Shown: piece after piece, positions 36,466-48,599 of the stretch | How the letters are laid out: every line of letters begins with the position of its first letter | Position numbering within the stretch: position 1 is the stretch's first letter | DNA from: Octopus bimaculoides | Lineage: Eukaryota | DNA: 64,000 bases | NCBI RefSeq assembly: GCF_001194135.2 | Contig: NC_068986.1 | Coordinates: forward strand, 500,553-564,552 | Direction of reading: 5' to 3' | The notes under the pieces: model-generated | What the model was told of the DNA's origin: nothing | What the model saw: only the letters and a program-made list of their open reading frames with translations | The model's database searches: none | Program-made: the position numbers and the translations under genes

Positions 36466-37189
36466 TTTATTTTTGTTGCTTATATCTTACAAATGGACCA
36501 CGCGTGCTTCGGCATCATAATTCCATAAAATGTGTTTAACGGGAGAAAAATATTGAAAAAACATCAATACATGTGAGAGGGAAAAAAAGTGTGTGGGGGG
36601 TAGAAACAACAGCCAATCCTTCCTTGAAAAGTTCACCTTTTCCTCTGAAATTTTTTTTACCGAAAAGGCTCCTCCCATGGTTTTCAAATATAAAAAAATG
36701 GCCAAAATCGGTGTTCCAAACAACCAAAATCACTTTTCCATTTTTTTTTCTACAAAAATTATACTGGTATACAAACAAATTTTCATTCAATAAATAATGT
36801 TTTTACATTACGTATACAGAATAAACTGTGGGTTTTGTAAATAGTAAATTAAAACTTGAAATGAAAACATTAAAATAGAGAGTGAGAGACTTTGTAAATA
36901 AAGACGGAATACTCTGCAGTGAATGCAACAAATATTTAAATTTGTGAAAAATTGGAGCGCAAAAATTCAATAAACTTCAGATATCGAAATTATAGGAAAT
37001 TCCTTAAAACAGGAATTTATAAAAAAATTTCCTGACGGACAAGTCTTTAATAATTGCTTTCTTTTAGTAACTGTTACATACCTAATTAATAAGCAGCTTT
37101 CTCCTTTATAATATAGATTATAATAATAAATACACTGTTGCTTTCGATAGTGTTCCCATTATTTCAACTTTGTAAGACAGTGACCTGAC

Positions 37190-37392
37190 ACAATCATTAG
37201 CTCGCCGGACAAAATGCTCAGCGGCATTTCGTTCGTCTTCACATTCAGAGTTCAAATTCCGCTGAAGCCGACTTTGCCTTTCAAACTTTCAGGGTCGATA
37301 AAATAAGCACCAGTGAAGTTCTGGAATCGTTGAAATCTGTATCCCGCTCCCCAAAAATTTCAGGCTTTGTGTATATAGTAGAAAGGATTATT
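37190..37392 (+). mobile_element. SINE family A
   Basis: GAGTTCAAATTCCGC...GGGTCGATAAAATAAGCACCAG...GTAGAAAGGATTA. Confidence 0.85.
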
Positions 37393-37449
37393 TCAAGTTT
37401 GTCTCTATTTTCTTTTGTAAATTTAAACTTCATTGCATTTAATCTTTTG

Positions 37450-37900
37450 GCAACTATGCACCAACTTCTTATTGTTTTTATAGTATTCAGTCTGCCACAG
37501 ATATTTTAAGCTTCTTACTCCATATATTTCTTGAGATATAATTGTTAGTAAGAGAATCAACAATGCCAGTCTGAAGACATATTCTTTGAGTGTTTAAGTA
37601 GGTTTGGTACGCTTCAACAAATCAATCAGTATATAGATAAAATATTAAGATTCTCAATGTGTGTTAATCCAACAAATCCTTCTCATATGCTATTAGTAGT
37701 TCTTTATAGGTCGAGCTGTTTTCCCAATCGATATTATATTTTGTTCTATCATTCAGCGGATGTCTCGGACAATTAGGGCAAATAGACAATAAGATTATAA
37801 ATACGATCAATATTTCAGATTCAGATGTGTTCTAAATTTTTTATAATTTGCTTTGTGAACATCGTAAGGCAGAAGGTAAATTTCCGGAGAGTTGCTACCA
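37450..37900 (-). mobile_element. Possible decayed Penelope-like linker/EN remnant
   Basis: Weak VYLP*LSE...KYNI motif. Confidence 0.3.
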
Positions 37901-38511
37901 TAATTCTCGATTAATAGACACCAATGCAATTTGTTTACGTTGCTAGACTATCTAGACTATACATCAATGACGTGGTTCCGTCTAATAACGCATTGATTGT
38001 TTCGGGGTTAAAATGCATTTGCCCAAGGTGCCAAGCAATGGGACTGAACTCGAAGCGAACTTGAGACAATAGTGTTTATTCTCATAATTCCTTTCCCTGT
38101 GCTATGGTGTTGGGCCAGTTGTAAACCATCCTAATTATATTAAGCATAGTATGCAAACCTCTCCACTTCTTACAACTGCAATCCCATGAGAAACATTGAT
38201 CTGGTCACAAGAGGTTCTCAATGAGGGCATGTCGAAGGGAACGTTAGGATTTAGGGGTGTGAGAGGGAGGTGAAGTAACACAATTAACATACTAAATGTT
38301 ACCTATGCTAGTAATTACTATATACATGATAAAACTAGTAATGTTTATTACAATAAAATGACAAATATGCATACATCCTGGCTATAGACACGTTTGAACT
38401 AGAATAATTAATTTTTAATGTTATATTTCTGTCTTTTAGGTGTGCAGTCTTGCTTGTTTTCCTCATATATTGTGATCTCCATTATATTTCGTTCAGTGAT
38501 ATAATTATATA

Positions 38512-40734
38512 CTGGGTCATCCCATAAATAATGCGGTGTGTTTTTTTTTCAATTTCATGAACTAAAAGTCGGAGGGGCACGGAATAAACTACGTGCATCA
38601 ACTTGCTATAAAAGCAGATAGTAATTTTTACCTTGCATTTATTCTTAATCCAAGTCACAATCCGTCTTTGACGAACCAACGAGGTAAGTTGATAGACGAG
38701 CCCGAGGAAACTTTTCAGGAGCACTTCGCCCAGCTTTTCGGAGGTGGGAGCGAACCGGATAGTAGGAGGGACCTAACAGACTTCCTCGCCGGGCTGCCGC
38801 GCCTCTCGGGGCGGGATGCGGAGTGCTGTAAAGGGTCGATCTCGCCTGAAGAGGTATTTGAAGCTATGGCAGACTGCGGCGCGGGTAAAGCGCCGGGACT
38901 GGATGGTCTACCCTATGAGTTGTATAAGAGTATGCCAGGCTTCTTCGGGCACCTGCTGGTGAATGTCTACGTGAACTGGCAGATCTGTGCGCAGGAGAGT
39001 GGTGACGCTTGTCAGAAAGGAACTGGATAAGGGGGATTTCATTGATAATTTTCGGCCCATCACTCGGCTAAACGCAGAGTTAAAGATTTTGGCCAAAGTG
39101 TTATCGAAAAGATTGGTACGTGTCGCAGATGGTCTGATCGGGGATGCACAGACATGTGCCGTTCCCGGCAGAACCATCCAGGATAATCTCCACCTTCTAC
39201 GGTACACTTTGGAGGGGTTTAATAGTGATTCTGGCAAGGGCGGGGCAGTGGTTCATTTAGACCAGTGAAAGGCTTTTGGTAGGGTACCTCATTAGTACCT
39301 GGTGTCCATTCTGGCGCAGTTCGGCCTAGGTCTTGGCTTCCTCATGTGGATCATTCAGATTTATAACAAAATCGACTCGGTAGTTCGGGCGAACGGCTTT
39401 TATCTAAGCCGTTCAACGTCAAGAGTGTCCGCTCTTCCCGCTTTTGTACGTAATAGCTCTTGAGCCATTGCTGCAAAAATTGAGCGGCATCCCGAGACAG
39501 CTAGGTTGTGGAAAGTCGGTCTCAGTTTAGGCGGATGACAGCACCATTATCGTAACCGAAATGGATCACCTACAGAAAGTAGGCAAGGCCGTTAAGGTTT
39601 ACGAGACTGTGGCAGGAGCAAAGGTTAATCGTGAAAACCCAATCGGCTTGCAGTTCGGCACCTGCAGAGGCTAGTCGATGCCTCCTGACAGCATCGCTGG
39701 ACGTTGGATGGAGGATCAGATTAAGTCGCTTGGAGTTTGGTTCGGACTAGACCTCCAAATAGAGAACTGGACCGAGGTATGGAGCTGGGTGACCCACATA
39801 GTCAAGACCTGGTCTTGGCGGTAGCTATCCCTGAAAGGGAGGGCGGAGGTGGCCAATGTGTTCATCGCATCGGTCATCACCTACCGCCTAACCGTCGTTC
39901 CTTGCTCTCATTCGTGGTCGCTGAAGCCCCAGACAAAATGTTCCCTCGTGAGAAATAAAAAATCACTTTATTCTCTGTGCAAGTTTTGAAGAGTGCAGTT
40001 CGATTTTAGCAGCTATTCAAAGCTACAACGAAAATGACAAAGGAGCATATTCGGTATATTTTGCTTTAAGAGTTCAATAAAGGCAACAACGCAACGGAAA
40101 GTGTAAGGAATATTAATGCAGTGTACGGGGATCAGACAATAAGCTTAAGCCAGTGTCAACAGTGGTTCCAGAAATTCCGAACCGGAAACTGCAGCCTAGA
40201 AGACGAACCACGTCCTGGGAGATCTGTAGAGATCGACGAGAATGTTCTGCAAACCCTGGTTGAATGAAATCCCATCGTAACTTTTGAGGAACTAGAAGAG
40301 AAACTTGGATTTGGTCATTCAGCCAGTCATTCAAGTCAGCGCTAGAAGAAAAACGACCACCTTTGATTTCAATATGAAAGGGTGTTCTTCCATCAGGATA
40401 ACGCTCAGCCACAGACAGCGAGGATGACATTCCAAAGGCTGGAGTAGATTGAATGGGAAATAATGCCGGACATTGCCCCATCTGATTATCATTTACTCCG
40501 CAGTCTTCAAAATCATTTGGACGGTAAAAATATGAATTCTGTAGACGCGGTAAGAAGAGTACTGGAGGCGTGAATTTTGGAAGAGGGTCCTTGCAAGTCT
40601 ACCAGATAGATGGAAGAGCATTGTAGAAAATGAAGGATCGTATATTTTACATTAAAAATATCATTGTTCCTCCTAATTTTGAAAAATATAAGAAGTGTTA
40701 AAAAAAAAGCGGCATTATTTATGGGATGATCCAA
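38512..40734 (+). mobile_element. Mariner (DD34D-type) relic with both TIRs and TA TSDs, interrupted by a LINE fragment
   Basis: TA|CTGGGTCATCCCATAAATAATGC versus GCATTATTTATGGGATGATCCAA|TA; MTKEHIRYIL..WFQKFRTGNCSLEDEPRPGR; FHQDNAQP; DIAPSDYHL. Confidence 0.9.
38657..39927 (+). mobile_element. Tx1/L1-clade RT internal fragment
   Basis: GKAPGLDGLPYELY; NFRPITRLNAELKILAKVLSKRL; QTCAVPGRTIQDNL; LDQ*KAF; *ADD. Confidence 0.9.
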
Positions 40735-40999
40735 TACAACTATTGTGTACGTTATCCTTTTAAAAATTTCGAAAGAATGGAAAAATAAATTTCTGTCAGC
40801 ACTCGAGAGAATGTGGGAGGAAGAAACTGTATTTAAAAACAATGGTAGAACAAGTCATTTGTTGATTCGTGTAAAAGAAGTTTAACTTGATGTCAGTGAG
40901 GTGAAATATTTGCAACCGAGATTCAAAACTGTGACATAAGCTCAGCTCACATACGATTTTACATCTTTCTAAAGCTCATCTTAAAATATCTAAATACAC

Positions 41000-41480
41000 T
41001 TCAAGTAATCGACAAATATCTCCAGTATTTCTCTATGTACAATGTCTTCTGACGTCAGAGACCGGATATAGCTGTTGCTGCTCTAATCGGATTTACAGTG
41101 TTATACATGCTGCATAATAAACTTCTTTACATTCGACAGCACGATTCTTAGTAATAGTGTTACTTCAGTGTTTTTCAATACCTGGCTACATTATCTTGCC
41201 TCTCACTTATGTGATGGTTAGTTTCTTCAGTGGTAAGCATCATCACAACGGATCTTGAGCTTCACATATGTTCGTCCACAATCAAATACGATAGTTCTAT
41301 AATTTCTTTTGTATAAAACATTTCCTCTCTGTCTCTTTAAGAGAGATTTTACCGTTGTGAGATTTCTACATGCAACGTTGCTCATGAATAAAATTCTTAT
41401 GTCATGTATTTCACAAATTCTTTAGATCAGATATTATTGTACATCCCAACATTGTGAATATACAGGACTTTTATATAATT
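41000..41480 (-). mobile_element. Decayed Penelope-like linker/GIY-YIG remnant
   Basis: RICEIHDIRILFMSN (compare KICDPYDIRTVFKSN near 270) and DCGRTYV. Confidence 0.6.
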
Positions 41481-41497
41481 TAGTAGATTCATGTAAA

Positions 41498-41880
41498 GGC
41501 ATGTAGCCTAGTGGTTAGGAATGTTTGGCTTCCGTTAGACCGTGTGTTCGATTCTCAGACCATGCAACGAGTTGTGCCCTTGAACAAGGGACTTCATTTC
41601 ACGTTGCTGTAGCACACTCAGGAGAAAATGAGGACCGATAACTCCTCAGAGTTAACATTGCGACGAAATGGCATAACGCTCAAGAGAGAACCTTGTACTT
41701 TCAGGCTAAGAACCTTCAAAATCCGGTTAAGCTCCGACCTCATGAAACAGGAGGTCTGAGACAGACATTCAAGTGGATTCTTCTTCCTACAAACTTGGTT
41801 CTGAAGACTATTCAATTGTTCTATTTTATGAACTTATCTGCACTGGAGTCTGATTTTACGCCCTTCAGGAAATAGGGTCG
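41498..41880 (+). mobile_element. tRNA-derived SINE with CORE-like central motif
   Basis: GGCATGTAGCCTAGTGGTTAG; GTGTTCGATTCTC; CCCTTGAACAAGGGACTTCATTTC. Confidence 0.7.
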
Positions 41881-41984
41881 TGACGTAGGGCTTAGATGCT
41901 CATACATAATTCTACAATTAACTTAATCTTTTTTTATAATTAGAGCACATATACAATAACTAATTATTCCTCATTTAGACATAA

Positions 41985-42170
41985 GACCAGTAAGTTTGAG
42001 GTGAGGGCTTACTTGATACTATGGATCCCAGTACTTGACTGTATCATTATTTTATCGACCACGAAAGGATGAAAGACAACATGGGCATGATTTCGATTCA
42101 GAACATAAAGAGCAGTATTTGAATGCCACAAAACATTTTGCCTGGTGCTTCAACGACTCTGCCAACCCAC
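41985..42170 (-). mobile_element. SINE family A
   Basis: TTTTATCGACCACGAAAGGATGAAAG...AACGACTCTGCCAAC. Confidence 0.8.
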
Positions 42171-42269
42171 CCCTCTTGTAAATATATGTATATACATATA
42201 TATAATCGTAAGCTCGCTTACACGTACATACACACGCGTTCTCCCTCATACACACATACACGCTCACAT

Positions 42270-42560
42270 ACACACACGCACTTGGGCGCCCTAGTTCAGC
42301 GGCGTCACTGTTATTTCCCCTTCACTCAGCCTCTTCTGGTCATTTCACTATGTTAAACCGTTAATCGCGACAATTTTTTCTCTCTCCGTCTTTTTTCGTT
42401 CTTTCTCCATTTTCCCTCTCAATCCTTTCTGTCGAAGAGCGTAGGCTGGAAACTTCAAAGACTTTTCCATTCTTCCTGAGCGTCAAACGAATACACTTGC
42501 TTGTTACCCCATCTGTCTTTGTCTTTTGTTTTCTGTGCATTTGAACGATACATTTATACA
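42270..42560 (+). mobile_element. PLE pLTR-like repeat with variant hammerhead core (42424-42462)
   Basis: CUUU-CUGUCGA-A-gagc guag gcug-GAAA-CUUC|AAAG; related fragment at 24760-24860. Confidence 0.5.
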
Positions 42561-42849
42561 CATATATGGAGATTGGTAAAGTTTTTTTTTTTATATCATT
42601 TATTACCATTAGACATATTTCATTCGCTAATGTGAGTTCTAAAATCGTACATGTAGGAGAAACCTATTAGATATCTCTTATCAGAAATGCTTCAGACAGA
42701 GAATCAAATAATAACAATCTCCTGTTTTGATATGTAATTACTCTGCAAAAAAATATTTTCCAAAATTTTCAATACTTATCCATACCTCACACAAATATAG
42801 CATCAACAGATGACTTTGGAGTACTGGAATAATCAGGTGTGCTTCAAGA

Positions 42850-43090
42850 GGATACAGCTTGGATTTTAACCCTATCTACATAATATCCACGAAGGATGAA
42901 GTGGCGAGCCATGAGTTGAGACTGAGTCGCAAAGTCATGGCTGTTACTGCAGAGCCTGCGCAGACGGAGGACTTGGGAGTAAGGAATGGAGAGCTTGATG
43001 TGCGTATGGTGCGAGGAGGAGAAGTTAAAATAGGAGTGAGTCGGTGTGTTAGTAGTGGATTGAGGTAGTGAGAGCGGAGTGGTGTATACC
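42850..43090 (-). mobile_element. Penelope-like RT thumb fragment
   Basis: THSYFNFSSSHHTHIKLSIPYSQVLRLRRLCSNSHDFATQSQLMARHFILRGY. Confidence 0.85.
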
Positions 43091-43099
43091 GAGATTTTC

Positions 43100-43159
43100 T
43101 CTCTCTCTCTATCTCTTTCTCTTTCTCTCTTTCTCTCTCTCTCTTTCTCTTTCTCTCTT

Positions 43160-43205
<46 letters not shown>
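43100..43205. repeat. (CT)n-rich tract abutting a gap
   Basis: Direct run. Confidence 0.9.
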
Positions 43206-43258
43206 NNNNNNNNNNNNNNNNNNNNNNNNNNNNNNNNNNNNNNNNNNNNNNNNNNNNN

Positions 43259-43297
<39 letters not shown>

Positions 43298-43359
43298 CTG
43301 ACTGAAAGATAGATAGATAGATATGTGTGTGTGTGTGTGTGCTACATATAATTTTTTTC

Positions 43360-43540
43360 AAACCTTAGCACTAGGCCAGGAGGTTTTAGGGAAGGAGTTA
43401 GTAGATTACATCGTCTCCAATACTTGACTTACTTTATCGACCCTGAAAGGATAAAGAAGCAATGCTTACCTCAGCATGTTTTAATCTCATACCTCAAAGT
43501 ATTTTATTCAACGATCTGACGATACTGCCAGTACACCGCC
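43360..43540 (-). mobile_element. SINE family A
   Basis: CTTTATCGACCCTGAAAGGATAAAG...GACGATACTGCCAG. Confidence 0.75.
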
Positions 43541-43999
43541 CTTGTGTCTACTGCAAAAACAATGGAACACAAATTATGCGTGCAGCGAGGAATAATAGAA
43601 ATAGAAATACAAAGATAAATAGCGTCGTCAGAAACCTTCGAGGATTAAACAAACATCGTATTTCATAATATTGCATAAGGCTATCAACTTTCAGTATTTA
43701 CACACGTGAATGTGTATGTATGTATGTTGCGCGTACGTGCGTGCGTGTATAAGCGTGTGTATTTTGTTGATGTACGCCGACGAAAGGTGAAACATCACAA
43801 GAAACGCTAAAAAAAAGTAAAAATAAAATTCTGCTCTTTCAACATTTGTTCAACCCTGAGTTACATACACTCCTTTATGAGTCTCACCACCAAAAAGGGA
43901 ATGAACCAGTGTATCGGTTTGGTGGAAATCTATAACCAATTCACCAATGCTATTGTATTGTTCACCCATTGCGATATAAAATATACCTTTTATCTTTTA

Positions 44000-44110
44000 T
44001 TTGTTTCAATCATTGAACTGTGGTCATGCTGGGGCATCGCGTTGAAAGGTTTAGTCGAACAAATCGAGACCCCAGTACTTACTCTATTCAGTCTCTTTTG
44101 CCTAATCGAT
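44000..44110 (+). mobile_element. SINE family C fragment
   Basis: GGTCATGCTGGGGCATCGCGTTGAAAGGTTTAGTCGAACAAATCGAGACCCCAGTACTTA. Confidence 0.8.
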
Positions 44111-45099
44111 ATTTAAAAAAATTAAAATAAAAAATAGGACAAAAATTTATTAACGTTGAGTTGTTCAAAAGTCACCGTATAGGTAAGGACTTCAAATCAC
44201 CAGTGGTTCAGAAAATATATAAAAGAGTTATAGTAGTAGTTCTTCTTCTTCTTCAGATGCTTCTGAATTCTCTCAATTTCTCGTATCAGTTCACGTGTGT
44301 AATGTCAGTCAAAACTATTTATTTTCATCTGTTTATTAAAACACGTCCCCTTTTATTTCTGTATAGACATATCTTCACCACGATGATGATGATGATGATG
44401 ATGATGATGGCGATAGTGGTGGTAGTGGGGATGCTGATGAAGACGAGGACGAGAAGGAAGAATAAGAGGAGGGGAGAGGGGGGAGAGGAAGACGATAAGA
44501 AAGAGGAGAAAGAAGAATATGATTATAGTAATGATTTTCGAGGCCCTTCCAGCATCAACGGCAAGAGTTGTAGCAGAGGAAAAGAAGAAAATTAAGATGT
44601 TTGTGGAATTGTTAACGTTGTCATGGAGACTGTCGTCGTCATCATCATCATCATGTCGTCGTTATCATTATTTCTAAGCTAATTATTCCATACTAATATT
44701 ATTTTATATATTTTCGTTTTGATTAGAGCAATGGGGATTGAGGGGGAGGAGCGAACCTAGAATACAGCAAACTATACCAATAACTGGAGCATCGTTACCA
44801 ATAATGTCAGAGTCAAATGGTAAGAAGTACAGAAAAGGGTAGGAGGGAGGGATTCAAATGTCAAATTGAACAAATTTCATGGACAACTGATATTTAAACA
44901 TCTTCCAATAATTATTACAGATCTTGAACATTTCACGTAGTTATGGTAAGCTGTGCGATTTCTCAAATTGTTTGCCATAGATTTAGGGTATTTTAAAAAT
45001 CCCCGGGTATATTTCCGAATAAGAAGACATGGGTTTCAATAGCGTTCGCTGAGGAGATAACTTTCATAAATCTAAAATGCGAGATAAATTTTCTGTCTG

Positions 45100-45240
45100 T
45101 GTGTCTACTACTATAGCTTCGGGCCGACGAAGACCTTGTGAGCAGATTAGGTAAACGGAAATTGGAAGAAGCCCGTCGTACATACATATATGTATATATA
45201 ACTGTTGTGTGTCTTTGTATCTGTGTTTGTGCCCCCTTTA
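45100..45240 (+). mobile_element. SINE family B 3' half
   Basis: CTACTATAGCTTCGGGCCGACGAAGACCTTGTGAG...GAAGAAGCCCGTCG. Confidence 0.8.
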
Positions 45241-45677
45241 AAGGATAAAGTATTATTAAAGTAATATTTCGTGATGTGCAAACTGATGCCACGAGTTTAC
45301 CTTCAGATATACTCATTAGGTTATTTTTTTGTATTATCTGAAATGGAATACCCGCATATGTATTAGTCCCCAAAAGTGAATTATCATTGATTTCTATTTT
45401 ATATATTTTGTATATTTCTAGATAAATATATAAATATATGATAATCAAGACCCCGCTGTACGATATGCAGATGCATGTAATGCTAAAGGGTTGTACCTGA
45501 TTGATTTGGAAATTCGTTTTTCCTAAATTACTTATATATATATATATATATATTGTTGTACTTGGGGATGGTCATATTGCCAGTTTAGCCAATAAAAACA
45601 CACGCACTGTATATTTGGTGTTAATTTTTTTTTTTTTTCAGCTTTATATTACATTAATCTTAATCTTAATCTTATTT

Positions 45678-45724
45678 CGGCCAGAGTTCTTTCGTCACAC
45701 TTCTGTGACCTCATCAGTGGTCCT
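45678..45724 (-). ncRNA. Minimal hammerhead-like motif
   Basis: GGACCA-CUGAUGA-G-gucaca gaag ugugac-GAAA-GAACUC|UGGCC: perfect 6-bp helix II and a CUC triplet. Confidence 0.6.
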
Positions 45725-45780
45725 TTGTTTCCTTCTTTCTTATGTGTGTCTCACCTTGCTAACTATCAGCNNNNNNNNNN

Positions 45781-45813
<33 letters not shown>

Positions 45814-45889
45814 CCAAATTTGTGTAAATGTATATACAATAATATATCAGTGGAATAAAGTTACAACTTGGTCTGGTTTTCTTTTTTTT

Positions 45890-46030
45890 ATTTTAAAGGT
45901 TGAAGTGTGTTAAACATTAACAAAATATTTAGTAATGTTCATAAAGTTCAATTAGCGCTTTCATACGTTCGTAGTAATCATCAGATTTTAAAACGTATTT
46001 AACTGACAGTTGAGTTGAGTGCTTGACAAC
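45890..46030 (-). mobile_element. PLE pLTR-like repeat with hammerhead core (45947-45990)
   Basis: AAU-CUGAUGA-uuac uacg aa cgua u-GAAA-GCGCUA|AUU, palindromic helix III AGCGCU; lies just 3' of the PLE endonuclease. Confidence 0.65.
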
Positions 46031-46139
46031 TTAGTTGGCTTCAACCGTTTTTATTTGAGTCAGTGGGAGTCTTTTGTAATTTGTTTATATACATGTTTAA
46101 AGATATTTTTTTAATCTACATCCTTAACTGATTGTTATA

Positions 46140-46935
46140 TTATTGTTGTTATTTCCGTTCAGAACAGGTTTGAACATTTTAATAAACCGTTTTTCTTTTA
46201 TCTTTCTTCCAACCTCACTTGTGTCACGTAGTTTGTGGAAAGGGAAACATTTTCTGACCACATGCTTCTGTATGTTCGCTCAATGGAATTTGGCAAACAT
46301 TGGTGTTCCGGACTTGTTGTCTGGGAACTCGTGAGTGTTCCGAAAATGCATTCCCTGTCTCGCAATTAGGGTATTTAATGTACTAGATCAAATTTCTGCT
46401 TTTGCAATTCATATCTGCATTTGTGAAAATCTGTCCATTTTTTTTGTTCTAATGGATCTACCAGTATGCATATACTAACACGTTCCACATCTATTATCAT
46501 TACACTTGGATACTGTGAATGTTTTATCCTCTTTGTTCATGTTGGACTTTGCCTTTGTTAATAGTTTCTTTGAGTTATGTGGTTGCCTTTTGCTTAAGAT
46601 AAATGTTTGATTAGGTATTATGTTTTCTTCATTTGTCACTTTCATGATTGGCAAATTTGTCGTGATGATGTTAAAAATGTTTTGGTGATGCGGATTGTGT
46701 ATTACTACAAATGGTATTGTGTTCCTTTGATTGGTTCGTCTCTTTCGTGTTGCTCTAAGTTGTTCTATAGGAATCTCTTTTGTTTGTTGTATGCTATTTT
46801 CTATAAATAGGAGAGGGTCTTTTTGCTTGAGCAGAAATCCATTGAGTTCTCTAAGTCGTATGTTCCTGGTAGAGGGGAAAGAATATAAATTTTACATTCT
46901 CCTCTCCTGCTATGGTCTCTACACATTCTGATTGA
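46140..46935 (-). mobile_element. Penelope-like element 3' part (linker plus GIY-YIG), decayed
   Basis: RLRELNGFLLKQK; IPFVVIHNPHHQNIFNII; MNCKSRNLI*YI; LSEHTEACG; terminal FIKMFKPVLN-like segment after a frameshift. Confidence 0.85.
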
Positions 46936-46998
46936 CTCTTCCATGTGTTAACATGTACCTCCGTACGACAATGTAAACTTTCATTTAATCAAAGTATC

Positions 46999-47088
46999 CT
47001 TAGCCTGAAGAGTGGCATGCGGTATACATCTCACTTGGATATTTACCACTTCTGAGGTTCCGCTCGCTATGAAACATATGTAGCCTAG
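46999..47088 (+). ncRNA. Hammerhead-like motif with extended helix II
   Basis: CUUAGC-CUGAAGA-guggc au gcgg...ccgc uc gcuau-GAAA-CAUAUGUA|GCCUAG, palindromic helix III ACAUAUGU. Confidence 0.6.
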
Positions 47089-47649
47089 ATCTCATCTACT
47101 CCATACCTTAACTTATATAGTGCGTGTGTTTATTTTAAGAGAAAAGAATGACCGCCCCGAAATATAACAATATATATATATATANNNNNNNNNNNNNNNN
47201 NNNNNNNNNNNNNNNNNNNNNNNNNNNNNNNNNNNNNNNNNNNNNNNNNNNNNNNNNNNNNNNNNNNNNNNNNNNNNNNNNNNNNNNNNNNNNNNNNNNN
47301 NNNNNNNNNNNNNNNNNNNNNNNNNNNNNNNNNNNNNNNNNNNNNNNNNNNNNNNNNNNNNNNNNNNNNNNNNNNNNNNNNNNNNNNNNNNNNNNNNNNN
47401 NNNNNNNNNNNNNNNNNNNNNNNNNNNNNNNNNNNNNNNNNNNNNNNNNNNNNNNNNNNNATATATATATATATATATATATATATAATACAGAATGGGA
47501 CAAGAACGCAAAACATCAAGACAGTTAGGTAATACATCCAGATAGACGATACAAAGAAAACATGGACAGGTCATTCGGAGTTTTCTGTCATCAGTCGAGA
47601 TCCAGATTATCTTTGCAATTTCGGCAGGTTATTCTAGTAGGTAGGTAGG

Positions 47650-47845
47650 TAGGTAGGTACCTACCTCCACCACAGCTTGACAACCGGTATTAGTATCCCC
47701 CACAACTTAGCCGTTCGGTAAAATGAACAGTTAAAATAAGTACCAGACTTTATGAAAATAAGTTCTAGGGGCGATTTGTTCAACTAAGCCCATCAATTCT
47801 GTGCTCCGGTATGGCCGCAGTCCAATGAATGAAACAAGTGAACGA
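47650..47845 (-). mobile_element. SINE family C
   Basis: AACTTAGCCGTTCGGTAAAA...ATAAGTACCAGAC...GATTTGTTCAACTAAGCCC. Confidence 0.8.
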
Positions 47846-48599
47846 AATAAAAAAAGAGAATTACTTCAGAGAACACGTTGTATCTATAGTGTAGATTTGT
47901 CTCACTAATTTCATTTGTTGTGGATGTTATTGATGTCGCTGCTGTAGCAGTAATTATTGCGCTGCTATCACTACGTAGCTTTTATATCAACCTGACCGAG
48001 CAGTCACGTGATCAAATCGTTGTAACTGTGACCTTCCCATCTTTCGTGGTTATTGTCGCTGTTTTTCGGGAATAGAGAACTCTTGAGTACTATATCCAAT
48101 GTGCCCTTCATTTTTAAGATACTGTTTCAGGGTGATCTGGCTGCTATTGCTCGGAGGCCTAATGACACCACAAAGAGGTATCCTCAAGATTGCCATGGTG
48201 ACAAAATCAAAAACTGCTGGAGAAATGAAGTCAACACAGACATCTTGAGTCTATAAACGATATCTTTTATGTAATTCATTTCTTACTAAGCCTCGAGGCT
48301 ATACATTTATAAACAAGAGAAATTGAGATTTGTAAAGTTTCTGTCATTTTCAAAGATAAATTAAGAGAAGCTGTTTCAACCAGAGAAAGTATTCAATTTA
48401 CTTATTAACTTTCTTGTTTAAAAGCAATTATCAAATGTTAATGTATTTAATATCGGAATACAATTTATTCGTTGAAGAGGGAAAAGGATACAGTTATTTC
48501 ACGACATATTTCGATATAGAGGTCAAATTGAAAGTGTAACCAGAAATAATCTGCAGATTTTTTAATGACTTAATCTGCGGAGGAGTGTTGAGAAGACGG

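Noticed and set aside
36480-37120. Possible Helitron/Helentron-like non-autonomous element ending CTTTATAATATAGAT
   Set aside because: The termini and hairpin could not be established.
38420-38520. Acceptor-like CTTTTAG at 38438
   Set aside because: The phase-0 frame stops after 11 codons, there is no donor, and the sequence runs into a mariner TIR.
43770-43812. CCGACGA...GAAACGCTA hammerhead-like motif
   Set aside because: It has two core changes, a displaced helix II and no helix I.
44161-44595. 144-aa ORF
   Set aside because: It is low-complexity (GAT/GGA/GTA) repeat sequence, as is 51283-51477.
47570-47600. CTGATGA...GAAT motif on the minus strand in a pLTR-like repeat
   Set aside because: It has GAAU instead of GAAA and no helix II pairing.
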